This document shows positions 19,787 to 30,090 of a DNA stretch of 64,000 bases, piece by piece (the stretch's first letter is position 1; the number at the start of each line of letters is the position of its first letter). A program made the translations under genes and the position numbers. Below the pieces are notes generated by a model. That model searched no databases, had not been told where the DNA came from, and was given only the letters and a program-made list of their open reading frames with translations. Source of the DNA: a virus (lineage: Duplodnaviria > Caudoviricetes). The stretch lies in the IMG/VR virus record IMGVR_UViG_3300028591_005215, positions 1-64,000 of that record; one strand, written 5' to 3'.

Positions 19787-19923
19787 AGGGAAGTAGCTAT
19801 TTTTTAAGACTTTTGCCATTTCGTCTTGTTTCATCACCAAGATGTCGGTTAAATGGTGATGCAACTACTTTTATTAGAATCTTAATTAATCATATATTTA
19901 AATAAGATTGCTGTAACTTCCCT
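19787..19923 (-). ncRNA. Structured leader RNA of the ncRNA operon
   Basis: Closing stem AGGGAAGT/ACTTCCCT; internal CATCACCA/TGGTGATG, AAGAC/GTCTT and AATCTTA/TAAGATT. Confidence 0.5.
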
Positions 19924-19947
19924 TGTTTTTATTTCTTAATTACATTG

Positions 19948-19978
19948 CAAATATATAATAATTAATTTAAAAATCAAA
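19948..19978 (-). promoter_or_regulatory. Promoter for the ncRNA operon
   Basis: TTTG-N19-TATATTTG on the - strand. Confidence 0.75.
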
Positions 19979-19998
19979 CATTCTTTTGTTAAATGATG

Positions 19999-20256
19999 TT
20001 AAGCTTTGGTGTAATATTCAGCTTTCTTTTCTTCGCTGAGGCTTGAATACCATTCATCGTATTCTTTTTGCATTCCATCGTAATTTTCATCTTTAAAGCG
20101 ATAAAAATCAGGATTGGAAGACGTTTTATCAAAGTGAAAGTTTTCAAGTAACATTTTAACAAAAAATTCCTCTTTGGTTTCATAAGTCCATTGTGTTGTG
20201 CTATGTCTTTCACTACCATATAATGAACCTCTCCAATATTCAACTTCAAAAGTCAT
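19999..20256 (-). CDS. Hypothetical protein
   Basis: 85 aa; preferred over the overlapping 19989-20249 frame. Confidence 0.65.
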   Translation of the reverse strand: MTFEVEYWRGSLYGSERHSTTQWTYETKEEFFVKMLLENFHFDKTSSNPDFYRFKDENYDGMQKEYDEWYSSLSEEKKAEYYTKA

Positions 20257-20357
20257 ATATGTAATATTTAATTAATATTCTTTTCGTTATTTCTAACAGT
20301 GCAAATATATAAATAATATTGCAAATAACAAAATGCTAAGTTAATCTTTAACATTCG

Positions 20358-20663
20358 TTAACCTTTGTATTCCAAAAGGCTAACGTTTATTCCAAGAGGG
20401 TTATATGCAGTACCATCTTCCATATAATCAACTGCTCTTGCGCATAGTTTGAAATACTCTATAGGAAGATTGCTACGGTTCTTAAAACCTTCAAACATCC
20501 CTTCAAACAACTCCCATTCATAATAATTACGAACATAAGCATCATTCAAGATGATTATAGTTTCGTCAGTGTTAGGACTTGCAAGTACAATTTGTACCTT
20601 GCGGTTATGATTTACAAAATCACTCTTAATTACATCAGTGATGTTCTTTTTAATTAATGCCAT
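20358..20663 (-). CDS. Hypothetical cassette protein
   Basis: 101 aa; AAGGAG leader. Confidence 0.75.
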   Translation of the reverse strand: MALIKKNITDVIKSDFVNHNRKVQIVLASPNTDETIIILNDAYVRNYYEWELFEGMFEGFKNRSNLPIEYFKLCARAVDYMEDGTAYNPLGINVSLLEYKG

Positions 20664-20892
20664 ATTTTTTATCTCCTTTTTGATTACATTGGCAAATATA
20701 TAAAAATCAAATTAAAAAATGAAATAATATAATCACTTTAACATTACTTTAACAGTTACCCACAATTATTCTAAAAAATGTTAGCAGATTTCATAGTTTG
20801 GAAATAATTTATTATATTTGTCTTAGGAAAAATAATATATAGCAAAAAAGGCACTGCTTATCACAAGCAATGCCCTTTTAATTATCCCCATT

Positions 20893-21141
20893 TTATTCAA
20901 TATTCGCTAACTTAAATTTACCATTGTCTTGAACTTCCCACGTAAGAACAACGGTGGTTTGAAGCTCCCCAATATCGAACGTTACAAGCGTACTAAGGTC
21001 GCCATCCTCTGCAACTTCCATATCGGCAAATCTAATGCCATCAGTTTGCATTTTATTTGTAACGTTTTCTTTGATATACACCGTAGACCCTAAAAATAGG
21101 TGACTAAGGTGTTTTACTAATCTTTCGTGAAATGTTTCCAT
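20893..21141 (-). CDS. Hypothetical protein
   Basis: 82 aa. Confidence 0.7.
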   Translation of the reverse strand: METFHERLVKHLSHLFLGSTVYIKENVTNKMQTDGIRFADMEVAEDGDLSTLVTFDIGELQTTVVLTWEVQDNGKFKLANIE

Positions 21142-21144
21142 AGA

Positions 21145-21465
21145 CTATTTCCAATTAATGTATGCTACTAATTCTTTAATAACATCAAAACCAAGTTCTA
21201 TAAGGCAAATCCATTCATCAGCTTCTTCACAGTTGATTTTAATAGTGTGTACCATAGTCGGAGAAATACCGTCTTGTTTGATTTTATCAATGGTAACTAA
21301 ATTTCTTTCACCACAATCATCAAGATAAGCAAATTCAACGGGTTCATCAGCATAACTAATTTGGAGTTCACCTTTTTCCTTTAGGTCTGTTTTAAGACTC
21401 GTTAATAACTGAATTTCAGCTTTTTCAATATTATCAGTTAAAATTGCATACTTTGTACTGTTCAT
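21145..21465 (-). CDS. Hypothetical protein
   Basis: 106 aa. Confidence 0.75.
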   Translation of the reverse strand: MNSTKYAILTDNIEKAEIQLLTSLKTDLKEKGELQISYADEPVEFAYLDDCGERNLVTIDKIKQDGISPTMVHTIKINCEEADEWICLIELGFDVIKELVAYINWK

Positions 21466-21546
21466 ATTTAATTCCTTTCTTTTTTGTTATAATGCTAATA
21501 TATAAAATTCATTTTAAACTACGAAATATTTTAAGACTTTTTAACA

Positions 21547-21729
21547 TTATATTTCCACTTCATCAGCCAAATCGTGGCTAAGAATATAATCAGAACATCT
21601 GTCTAAATTAATTTCAAGACTTTCATCTTTATTATATAAGTTAAGGAAAAAATATTCAATAATATTATCCATAACACAAATATACTGATAGTTCTTTTTA
21701 AATTCAGAAATAAAATCTTTTTTATTCAT
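21547..21729 (-). CDS. Hypothetical protein (start taken at MNKKDF)
   Basis: The upstream in-frame extension runs through the palindrome, so the shorter start is preferred. Confidence 0.6.
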   Translation of the reverse strand: MNKKDFISEFKKNYQYICVMDNIIEYFFLNLYNKDESLEINLDRCSDYILSHDLADEVEI

Positions 21730-21802
21730 ATGTATTTTTATATAAATGTATAAGTACTTAAATAAGTACCTATACATTGTTTATTTTATTATATTTGCTA
21801 TT

Positions 21803-22072
21803 TTAATCGTGTAAAAATGTTGGTTCAACTTTTAATAAATAATAAAACTTTGAATCAGTTTCATCCGATACATAAATTGAATTATTAGTTTCCTCTATAT
21901 AAAGTTCATTTTCGTTATGAAGCAACCCAATCAGTGTGGCAGCATTAATATAGCTTTCGTGTTGGCACTTCATAGCTTTAATGGCTTGTTCTTCTGATTT
22001 ATATGCTTCTATAACCTCAAAGGTGACTTCACCATCAAAACAATATTCTTTAGTTAATGTGTAAATTTTCAT
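21803..22072 (-). CDS. Hypothetical protein
   Basis: 89 aa. Confidence 0.7.
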   Translation of the reverse strand: MKIYTLTKEYCFDGEVTFEVIEAYKSEEQAIKAMKCQHESYINAATLIGLLHNENELYIEETNNSIYVSDETDSKFYYLLKVEPTFLHD

Positions 22073-22074
22073 AC

Positions 22075-22353
22075 TTACTTTCCTTTCATATAGTTTTTAA
22101 AGTCCTCAATAAACTCTTCCACTGACGTATAGCTTGCTTGAATACCTCGTACTAAGATGTTTCTATAGTCATCTTTAACTTTAGTGTCTTCTAAACATCT
22201 ACGAAAATACTCGCAAGCATTATCTATAAAGGCATCAGTGCGAGTGTACTCGATATTTGCGTCTTCTCTTTTCTTTGAACGGGCAGACAAAATTGGCTCA
22301 CCCTCAAAAAAGTATAATTTCTCTGGTGCTTCCTTTGCTTTCATATCAATCAA
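22075..22353 (-). CDS. Hypothetical phage protein (EAPEK...IEYTRTDAFI family)
   Basis: 92 aa. Confidence 0.75.
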   Translation of the reverse strand: MIDMKAKEAPEKLYFFEGEPILSARSKKREDANIEYTRTDAFIDNACEYFRRCLEDTKVKDDYRNILVRGIQASYTSVEEFIEDFKNYMKGK

Positions 22354-22366
22354 TCATCAAATAATT

Positions 22367-22708
22367 TTAAATTAAGCCACGATAATCGTAGTTATGTTCA
22401 TTTAACCAATCATATACTTTGGCTAAATCATCTCCCCATATTGGGTATGGTAGAAATAATTTATTTTCAGAAATAGCGTCTGAAAAAGCCCTAAATTCAT
22501 CTGTTTCCAATTCAAAGTTTGAGTGATAATAAAAGCCCGCTTTTGTATATAATTCTATTTTTTCTTCTTCGGTCATTGAAGACAGTGGGCGAAAGCAATG
22601 ATTATCATTTTCTTTGGATTCAGTGAATATATATTGCAATACATCGTTGCTAAGATGAAGCTCTCTTGCTCTTTTAAGAGCCTCTTTATATTTCTCTTCG
22701 TAGTCCAT
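22367..22708 (-). CDS. Hypothetical phage protein (RPLSSMTEEE...DYRGLI family)
   Basis: 113 aa; modules shared with 5132-5575 and 5578-7383. Confidence 0.75.
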   Translation of the reverse strand: MDYEEKYKEALKRARELHLSNDVLQYIFTESKENDNHCFRPLSSMTEEEKIELYTKAGFYYHSNFELETDEFRAFSDAISENKLFLPYPIWGDDLAKVYDWLNEHNYDYRGLI

Positions 22709-23145
22709 AGTTTCTACCTCCTCTTATTTTTCAACTTTTATTTCAACAAAACTTTCACCTCCTAATCCATGAGCAGGACAAGGATAAGAATTTCCTGATT
22801 TTTTACAAAAATGATATAAACTACATTCACTACAAAGTAAGAAGTCATCTGTAAGTTTATATATTTTATCATCTATTGTTATAGTTATATTTTTCTGTTC
22901 CATATTATTATAGTTTTTCTTTAAATTTATATTATTATTTCCTTTTTGATTACATAGGTAAATATAACCTTTTCAAATTAAAAAATGAAACTATTTAATG
23001 ACTTTAACACAACTTTAACATTTAACACTATTAATCTAAAAATTATTAATAAGTTTGGCTGTTTGGTTTGTTTTTATTATATTTGTTTTAGGAAAAATAA
23101 TATGTAAGAAATAAGGTAGGGATATTTTCCCTACCTTTTATAATA

Positions 23146-23802
23146 TTAATCAAGCATAAAATAGTCACTAACCAAATCACGATATTTTTCTAAGAATAAG
23201 TCTCTTTGGGCTGCTGTATGAAAAGCAAGAAAATGGTAATCACAATATACAGCTGTTACTCCTATTCTATTTTTATGATTGCACGACCTAAATATCACAT
23301 ACTTCCAATTATCGTCTGTCCATTCTTCATCAGTAACAACACCGCCAAAGTTCTTAATATCATTAGCCATTATTTGGGTAATCTTTGCCATTGCTCTTGC
23401 TGATTTAGCTTGTTTCTCTGTTTTAAATAAGCAATAATCATCAACAGTTCTTTTCACGAAACAATAGTTTGTTATAGAATCTATAGAGATACCATACCCT
23501 TCAATATCTACTTTTTCTTTATCACTCCAAAAGTCTTCTATTACTTCTACTTCTTCAACTATTACTAAGTCATTATCACTAATAGGACCTTTATAATAAA
23601 TTCTACCTTCTGTAGTATAAGATTGAACGGCTTCACTGCCATCCTCTAACTTAATCAACCCAATGATAGGAAAATTTGGCTTTTTAACATCAGTGTATAC
23701 AATTTTAACTTTATGACCGTCCCTTGTTTGGGTCCTTGCTCGGGCTTTAGCACTATTATTATATACTTTTAAGTCAAATGGCTTAATTACTTTTTTCTTC
23801 AT
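23146..23802 (-). CDS. 'KPFDL...TRDG' family, copy 3
   Basis: Paralogue of 1643-2293. Confidence 0.85.
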   Translation of the reverse strand: MKKKVIKPFDLKVYNNSAKARARTQTRDGHKVKIVYTDVKKPNFPIIGLIKLEDGSEAVQSYTTEGRIYYKGPISDNDLVIVEEVEVIEDFWSDKEKVDIEGYGISIDSITNYCFVKRTVDDYCLFKTEKQAKSARAMAKITQIMANDIKNFGGVVTDEEWTDDNWKYVIFRSCNHKNRIGVTAVYCDYHFLAFHTAAQRDLFLEKYRDLVSDYFMLD

Positions 23803-23896
23803 AATTTATTTTCCTTTCTTTATTTGTTTAACTTTGACAAATATAATGATTTGCTTTTAAATGCACAATTTTTTTGCTACTTTTTTATTTAATTAT

Positions 23897-24253
23897 TTAC
23901 CCTTCAATATCATTATACTTATTGAAAACAAGTCTAAGAATTCTTTCTTCAATAATCATATCCGAATTAATGTCATCCACGTCAATAGTATATTCATCAC
24001 CGTTATCATCAGAAGTAACGATAAGACAATACTTATCAGAGTTACCTGGGTCAATCATCACAGCCTTTGTCGTGTATGTTCCTTCCATATCAAGATAAGT
24101 AAAACAGTAGTCTTCCTGTTCATCCTCTGGAATAAGGATTTTACCTGTCTTTTGTAAAAGGTATACGATTGTGTCAGTTATCTTATTGTGAAAATTTATC
24201 ACCTTTGCTTGTTCCTCTTGAAAATCATTAAATGAATTAAATAAATCTTTCAT
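23897..24253 (-). CDS. Hypothetical acidic protein
   Basis: 118 aa. Confidence 0.75.
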   Translation of the reverse strand: MKDLFNSFNDFQEEQAKVINFHNKITDTIVYLLQKTGKILIPEDEQEDYCFTYLDMEGTYTTKAVMIDPGNSDKYCLIVTSDDNGDEYTIDVDDINSDMIIEERILRLVFNKYNDIEG

Positions 24254-24314
24254 AATTACTTTTACTTTTAATTGTTATTACTCTTGTTTGTTTTTTTTTA
24301 TTTGATATTGATTA

Positions 24315-24587
24315 TTAATCATCAAAATCAGATATAAACTCTGTAACGTTTAGAAATTCAAGTGTATCATTTGTATAGTCTTCTATTTCGTCATTAAATT
24401 CTTCAATATTAGAGTATATCCAATGGTGCATAGAATTAATAATTTGGTCATCATTTGAAGGCTCATCAACGAGATATACAAGCACATCATGCTGACAATA
24501 GAGACTTTCCATATAAAATGCAAATTCAACTTGTGCAATTTCGCAATCCATTCCATTTAGAATATTTACAACTTGTTCCTTTGTCAT
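24315..24587 (-). CDS. Hypothetical protein, paralogue of 2337-2597
   Basis: Shared termini. Confidence 0.8.
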   Translation of the reverse strand: MTKEQVVNILNGMDCEIAQVEFAFYMESLYCQHDVLVYLVDEPSNDDQIINSMHHWIYSNIEEFNDEIEDYTNDTLEFLNVTEFISDFDD

Positions 24588-24855
24588 AATTTATTTCCTT
24601 TCTTTATTTGTTTAACTTACGTCAACTAATATATAAAAATCAAACTAAAAAACAAAGCATTATTTGCTTTTTAACTCTGATTTAACATTTACTATTAAAT
24701 TTAAAATAAACGTTAAATTGTTTGGTAGTTTGGAAAGAATTTATTATATTTGTCTTAAGAAAAATAATATATAGCAAAAAAGTGCTATCTATCATCAGAC
24801 AACACTTCTTGACAACATTAAACAATTAAAACTAAACATTATGAAAGTAGATTTG

Positions 24856-24929
24856 TGGGCTCGGAGGGGTTTGAACCCACGACCTTCAGATTATGAGTCT
24901 GCTGCTCTGACCAACTGAGCTACGAGCCC
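24856..24929 (-). tRNA. tRNA with CAU anticodon (Ile2-like; elongator Met not excluded), no encoded CCA
   Basis: GGGCTCGTAGCTCAGTTGGTCAGAGCAGCAGACTCATAATCTGAAGGTCGTGGGTTCAAACCCCTCCGAGCCCA folds as a canonical cloverleaf. Confidence 0.95.
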
Positions 24930-24939
24930 CTATAATGGT

Positions 24940-25038
24940 AATGAGGATAATCTATATCATTTGTAACTGATAGCTTTTAGATTTAATAATCAATTTGCAA
25001 CTTGTTTAGAAAATCTTTAAGCAAAGATTATCCTCATT
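24940..25038 (-). ncRNA. Putative structured RNA 5' of the tRNA
   Basis: Perfect 14-bp closing stem AATGAGGATAATCT/AGATTATCCTCATT enclosing two weaker hairpins; no ORF. Confidence 0.4.
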
Positions 25039-25190
25039 GATAGTGCTTTTTTATTATTATATTAATATTAAAATATTTATATATTATAATAATATATTAT
25101 ATAATTAATATTATTAATATAATATTTTATTTATATTGCAAATATATAATTTTATTTTTAAATTTATAAATGTTTTAACACTTTTAACAT

Positions 25191-25418
25191 TTAGATAAAT
25201 TGTTCAAAATAATCAACAACATCTTTAATATATTTCTTATAGTATGGTTGATTATCCATACACCATAATTTTAATTCTTCACGATTTTTCATTGGCGGAT
25301 AACAAGACTGCCCACTCTGTATCTGTATGAATAGTGGTTTAAGCTCATTAATGAAGTCGCCTACAGTCCAACCTTCCCAAATCTCTTTTTCAAAATTGAT
25401 TTTTTTCTTCTTTGCCAT
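25191..25418 (-). CDS. Hypothetical phage protein (IWEGWTV family)
   Basis: 75 aa. Confidence 0.8.
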   Translation of the reverse strand: MAKKKKINFEKEIWEGWTVGDFINELKPLFIQIQSGQSCYPPMKNREELKLWCMDNQPYYKKYIKDVVDYFEQFI

Positions 25419-25512
25419 ATCTTTTTTTCCTTTCTTTGTTTAACTTTGACTAATATAATGATTTGCTTTTAATATACCAAATAAATTGTGTTAATAAATG
25501 TTAATGATATTA

Positions 25513-25806
25513 TTATTTAACACATTTGAAAACGGATAGAACAGCATAACCACCTTTCAGTTTAATCTTAATATGGAATTTCTGTCCGTCAAGATTAATC
25601 TTTACACCAAACGGTCTTTTGGTTGAGGCTACAAGTGATGCACCGAATTGAGGAAATTGATTATTGATTGTCTTGATAATTACATCACCATACTGGTTAA
25701 TGTCCTCATACTCGCTTTCATCACGCCACCTGTCATACAGATTAAAAAAACAGTTACCAACCTTTTCATTGTTCACGATTGATGTTAATTTCTCGATAGT
25801 TGTCAT
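25513..25806 (-). CDS. Hypothetical phage protein (LYDRW.DE.EYED family)
   Basis: 97 aa. Confidence 0.8.
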   Translation of the reverse strand: MTTIEKLTSIVNNEKVGNCFFNLYDRWRDESEYEDINQYGDVIIKTINNQFPQFGASLVASTKRPFGVKINLDGQKFHIKIKLKGGYAVLSVFKCVK

Positions 25807-26002
25807 AATTACTTTTCCTTTCTTTCTTTGTTTAACTTTGACTAATATAACATTTTCTTTTTAAACTACAAAACTTTTTCCAAACTTTTTTTATTTTTTT
25901 TTCTTGCTTTTTTATTTGGTAGTTCGGATTATTTTTATTATATTTGTCTTAGGAAAAATAACATAATTAAAAAAAGGTAACATTATATGTTACCTTCTCT
26001 TA

Positions 26003-26236
26003 TTAAATAAACCAAATAATCACATTATCACCACATGCGCCACAAATTGTATCATTATGCTTTATAGTGCTTAAATCCATTTCGCTAATGCTAAAAGCTT
26101 GTTCACCATCTTTTAATTGGTTTGTAAGCCATTCACGTGCGTCCTCCCACTTTGATTTTCTTAGGTGAGATGTATCAATGCCCTTTGATTCATACCAATT
26201 CGCATTAATTGAAAGTACTATTACTTTTGTTACCAT
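26003..26236 (-). CDS. Hypothetical protein
   Basis: 77 aa. Confidence 0.65.
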   Translation of the reverse strand: MVTKVIVLSINANWYESKGIDTSHLRKSKWEDAREWLTNQLKDGEQAFSISEMDLSTIKHNDTICGACGDNVIIWFI

Positions 26237-26237
26237 A

Positions 26238-26432
26238 TTACAAATAATCTTTTATGTAGTCCCACAATTCATTTTCTTCCTCGTCACAAAACGATTCAAG
26301 TTGTTCACCTTCTATTTCAGTTATAAGTATATTAGTAATTTCATCATATACGGCAATACCTTTGCTATCAGTCCCATCAGTGTTAAAATGGAAATAATCT
26401 TTTAAGATGAAATTATAAAGCTTACGTTCCAT
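26238..26432 (-). CDS. Hypothetical acidic protein
   Basis: 64 aa. Confidence 0.65.
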   Translation of the reverse strand: MERKLYNFILKDYFHFNTDGTDSKGIAVYDEITNILITEIEGEQLESFCDEEENELWDYIKDYL

Positions 26433-26558
26433 ATCTTATTTACTTTTTTTGTTTAACTTACGTGAACTAATATATTAATTTCTTTTTAATTACAAAGTGT
26501 TATTTAAGGTTTTAACACTTATTTAACACTTTGCAATATATGTACTTAATTAAGTACC

Positions 26559-27092
26559 TTAAAATAGTCGTAGAACACTTGCACCTTCCATACTTAAACT
26601 TTTAATCATTTCACCAACTTTCAAGTTTTCAAGTCTTTTATCATTCCAACCAAAGTTAGATAAAGCTAAAGGTGAATAACAAGCCACATTAGTCACACCG
26701 TGACCACCACAATAACGTGCATCATTAATCAGCGTATACACTTTCATACCATATTTTACGTAAAACGTATCTTCATAGCAATCAGTTATTGAAGCTTCAT
26801 CTTTTGGTACAATATTTTCTTGCTTGATAATTTGATAATAGTCGCTGAATATTGCACTATATACTTCTTCATATACAGACCGCAAAGTGTATGGGCTAAC
26901 TTCATTTATATCATTAATTTCAAGAATACGTTTTCCCTCAAATTTAAGACGCAGTGTAAAACCACATTCTTCAAGAGAGACAATGCAGTCCGATAATTCC
27001 ATATGTTCAACATTATGATTTTTCATCAAAGTGATGATACCACTTTTAATTTTATTATTGACTGCCTTAATATCAATTTCGTAATTCTTCAT
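26559..27092 (-). CDS. Hypothetical protein, paralogue of 13404-13919
   Basis: 177 aa. Confidence 0.85.
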   Translation of the reverse strand: MKNYEIDIKAVNNKIKSGIITLMKNHNVEHMELSDCIVSLEECGFTLRLKFEGKRILEINDINEVSPYTLRSVYEEVYSAIFSDYYQIIKQENIVPKDEASITDCYEDTFYVKYGMKVYTLINDARYCGGHGVTNVACYSPLALSNFGWNDKRLENLKVGEMIKSLSMEGASVLRLF

Positions 27093-27541
27093 AATTAATT
27101 TTCCTTTCTTTATTTATTTAACTTTGTCTAATATAATAAATTCTTTTTAATTATAAAACTTTTTTGGCAATTATTTTATTGCATTTAATATGTTTTTTAA
27201 TGCAAACATTTCTTCGGGGGTTAAAAAAATGGAATGGTGAAAGCCCTCACTATCAGTCTTATAAATAATAAAATTATTAGACTTCTTGTCTGCAACTACT
27301 TCTACATTTCTTATCATCATAATATTTACTTTTATTTGTTTTACATAGGTAAATATAACTTTTTCAAATTAAAAAATGAAATGATTTAATGGTTTTAACA
27401 CGACTTTAACATTTGAATTAAAAACTAAAATAAATGTTAAATTATTTGGCAGTTTGGAAGTAATTTAATATATTTGTTTTAGGAAAAATAATGTTTAAGA
27501 AATAAGGTAGAGTTATTTTCCCTACCTTATTATGAACAAAT

Positions 27542-28108
27542 CTATTTAAATAAACCACCAATTTTTAATTTTCCTTCTTTATCTTTTAATACAATACAGT
27601 CCGAATCAGTTCTTATTGCTTTATATACTGTATTGCAAATGCTTGCACAAGTTCCCTCCCCTAATTGTTCAGCGTCATTGATAGCTTGCATTATGAACAA
27701 TTTATATTGTAATTTTTGTGCGTAGTTACTACTAATATTATATTTTTTGAAAATTTCTAAAAGCTTTTCAATCATATCATCAGTATACTTATAATCATCA
27801 AGAATATAATCGCCATAATTTGTACATAAACGAATATTATAGTCCAAATTAGGAAAAATACCACCTTTAAGGATTATATCCACGTAAGCGTCAATGTGTT
27901 GATTAATATTACGAAGTGTACGTGAAAATGCACGTCTTGTTAAGATAACAGTATCATCAAGAATTTCATTATCTGTTTTTTTAAACCCTTCTTGAACACC
28001 TTGATTAATAGCGTTCTTTAGATTATCCATAAACTCTATATCATTTTTACCCAATTCAATAGCATATATACTAATAGCGTTCTTTAATTTTTCCATATTT
28101 ATTTTCAT
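27542..28108 (-). CDS. Hypothetical protein
   Basis: 188 aa. Confidence 0.75.
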   Translation of the reverse strand: MKINMEKLKNAISIYAIELGKNDIEFMDNLKNAINQGVQEGFKKTDNEILDDTVILTRRAFSRTLRNINQHIDAYVDIILKGGIFPNLDYNIRLCTNYGDYILDDYKYTDDMIEKLLEIFKKYNISSNYAQKLQYKLFIMQAINDAEQLGEGTCASICNTVYKAIRTDSDCIVLKDKEGKLKIGGLFK

Positions 28109-28111
28109 TCT

Positions 28112-28429
28112 TTATTTAATTTTTAATTCTTCATTATTTTCACTAACAAGTATCTTTGTAAACTCCCAAACCTCATCTAAATTTACAAGAACGTAAGTTT
28201 TTGGGGTGATGTATATTTTAAGGTAAGAAACGTCTAAATATTCTTTGCTTAGCCAATAGGTTTGCAAATAGCTCTTAAAACTATCAGTAACATCATCTAC
28301 AACAGATTTAACAAGTTTGTTTAAATCAATATTATTTAAATCAGCAATATTGATAGTTTCCTTATCATTCAATAAGAATTTAGTCAACTCATCTTTAATT
28401 TTACCAATTCTTTTTTCAGTCATTTTCAT
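28112..28429 (-). CDS. Hypothetical protein
   Basis: 105 aa; AAGGAG leader. Confidence 0.75.
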   Translation of the reverse strand: MKMTEKRIGKIKDELTKFLLNDKETINIADLNNIDLNKLVKSVVDDVTDSFKSYLQTYWLSKEYLDVSYLKIYITPKTYVLVNLDEVWEFTKILVSENNEELKIK

Positions 28430-28882
28430 ATTTTATATCTCCTTTGGTTTACGTCAACTAATATATAAAATTCAAACTAAAAAATGAAATAATAATGGGT
28501 TTTTAACACTACTTTAACACTTATCACTAAATTTGAAATAAACGTTAAAATATTTTGTAGTTTGGAAAGAATTTAATATATTTGTCTTAGGAAAAATAAT
28601 ACACAATAAAAAAAACGTACTACTTATCGCAAGCAATACGTTTTTTAATCATTTAATAATATCAATCATTTTTTAATTAGCTTTATGGATAGTTCTTTAA
28701 TATTTGACAAATCTTATTTACTCCCTTTGTTTTACGTTGTCTAATATAACATTTTCTTTTTAAACTACAAAACTTTTTGGCTCTTTTTTTCTATTTTTTT
28801 TATGGGTGGCTTAAATTCTTAATAAAGGAATAAGGGATAAGAATATAAATCCTTATCCCTTATAGGTACTTAATTAAGTACT

Positions 28883-29566
28883 TTACTTGTTCAGTTCGTG
28901 AATAAGTTTGGTAATATCCTCAAATGTACCAAAGTTACCAAATCTTTCGTTCGCCCAAGCTTTTTCTCCTTGCGCTAAGAAAATTACATTTTCTTCTTTG
29001 AAGTTCTTCACACCTATAATATTCTTAATGTTTAAAGCTTCTTGCTTTGCGCTTGCTTTTTTTGGTGTGGTATACTTTAGTATATCTTTTTCTTCTTCTT
29101 CTGTGGCAAGTCGGTCGTCCAAAAATGTAAAGTATTTTACTTTGGTAGGTTTACGTCCTTGATATAGTCTTAAATATCTTTGGTCGCCATCTTTTTTCTT
29201 TAGCAAGAAGTTTTCTAACTTATCAGAAGCTTTTTCAGCGTATGTAGACTCTTTTGGAAAAGCTATATTAAACTCTTCATCAGTAAAGTCGATTCCTTCT
29301 CGCTTACATTCAGATTTTACGCAAGCATAATAACTGACACCACTGCAAGCATTTTCGTAAAGTGCTAAAGTAAATACACGTCCGTCATACTTAGCGTAAG
29401 TTTTATTTTGCTTACTCTCTTTAAGTGTTTCACCCTTTGGGGTTTTGTTCACTTTTTTTGGTGTATATGTGGCGCAATAAAGTCCGAATGAACCCTTTTT
29501 GAAATTTTCGCCAAACTCGTCAATAGTGTTAAATACTTTGCTATACATACTTATTTTCCTTTCCAT
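28883..29566 (-). CDS. Hypothetical protein
   Basis: 227 aa, own promoter. Confidence 0.8.
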   Translation of the reverse strand: MERKISMYSKVFNTIDEFGENFKKGSFGLYCATYTPKKVNKTPKGETLKESKQNKTYAKYDGRVFTLALYENACSGVSYYACVKSECKREGIDFTDEEFNIAFPKESTYAEKASDKLENFLLKKKDGDQRYLRLYQGRKPTKVKYFTFLDDRLATEEEEKDILKYTTPKKASAKQEALNIKNIIGVKNFKEENVIFLAQGEKAWANERFGNFGTFEDITKLIHELNK

Positions 29567-30090
29567 TTAAATTAATATTGTTATTTCCTTTAACATTAGC
29601 TAATATAATACTTTACTTTTAAAAAACAAAACTTTTACCGACTTTTTTTACTAAAAACATAGTTAAAAATTTCATCTTTTTTTTATCACTTTTTTAACAA
29701 TTTTAACGTGAAAATATTTTGTAGTTTGGAAAGAATTTAATATATTTGTCTTAGGAGAAATGGTATGCAATAAAAAAGAGCCACAAATTATTTGTGATTT
29801 GTTTTATATAGAATAACACATATATTTAGGTTTAATTTATTTCATTTAATTTGCTTAAATAAATGCTCCAAATAGCTTTATATTTATAAAGCCTATAAAA
29901 CTATCATCAGATTAATTTTATACCCTTATAAGCAATTTAAATGCGTTAAACTTATTTGAAATAAGCGCATATAGCAACAAAAAAAATGATACTACTTTCG
30001 CAAGCAATATCATTAATACTCAAATAATAAAAATCATTTAAAAAATTAAACCAAAAAAATATTAAATTAGAAGAATGTTTTTATTCTTAT

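Noticed and set aside
19810-19850. Hammerhead ribozyme (TGATGA...GAAA on the - strand)
   Set aside because: The core begins with G rather than C, and no stem II can form between the motifs.
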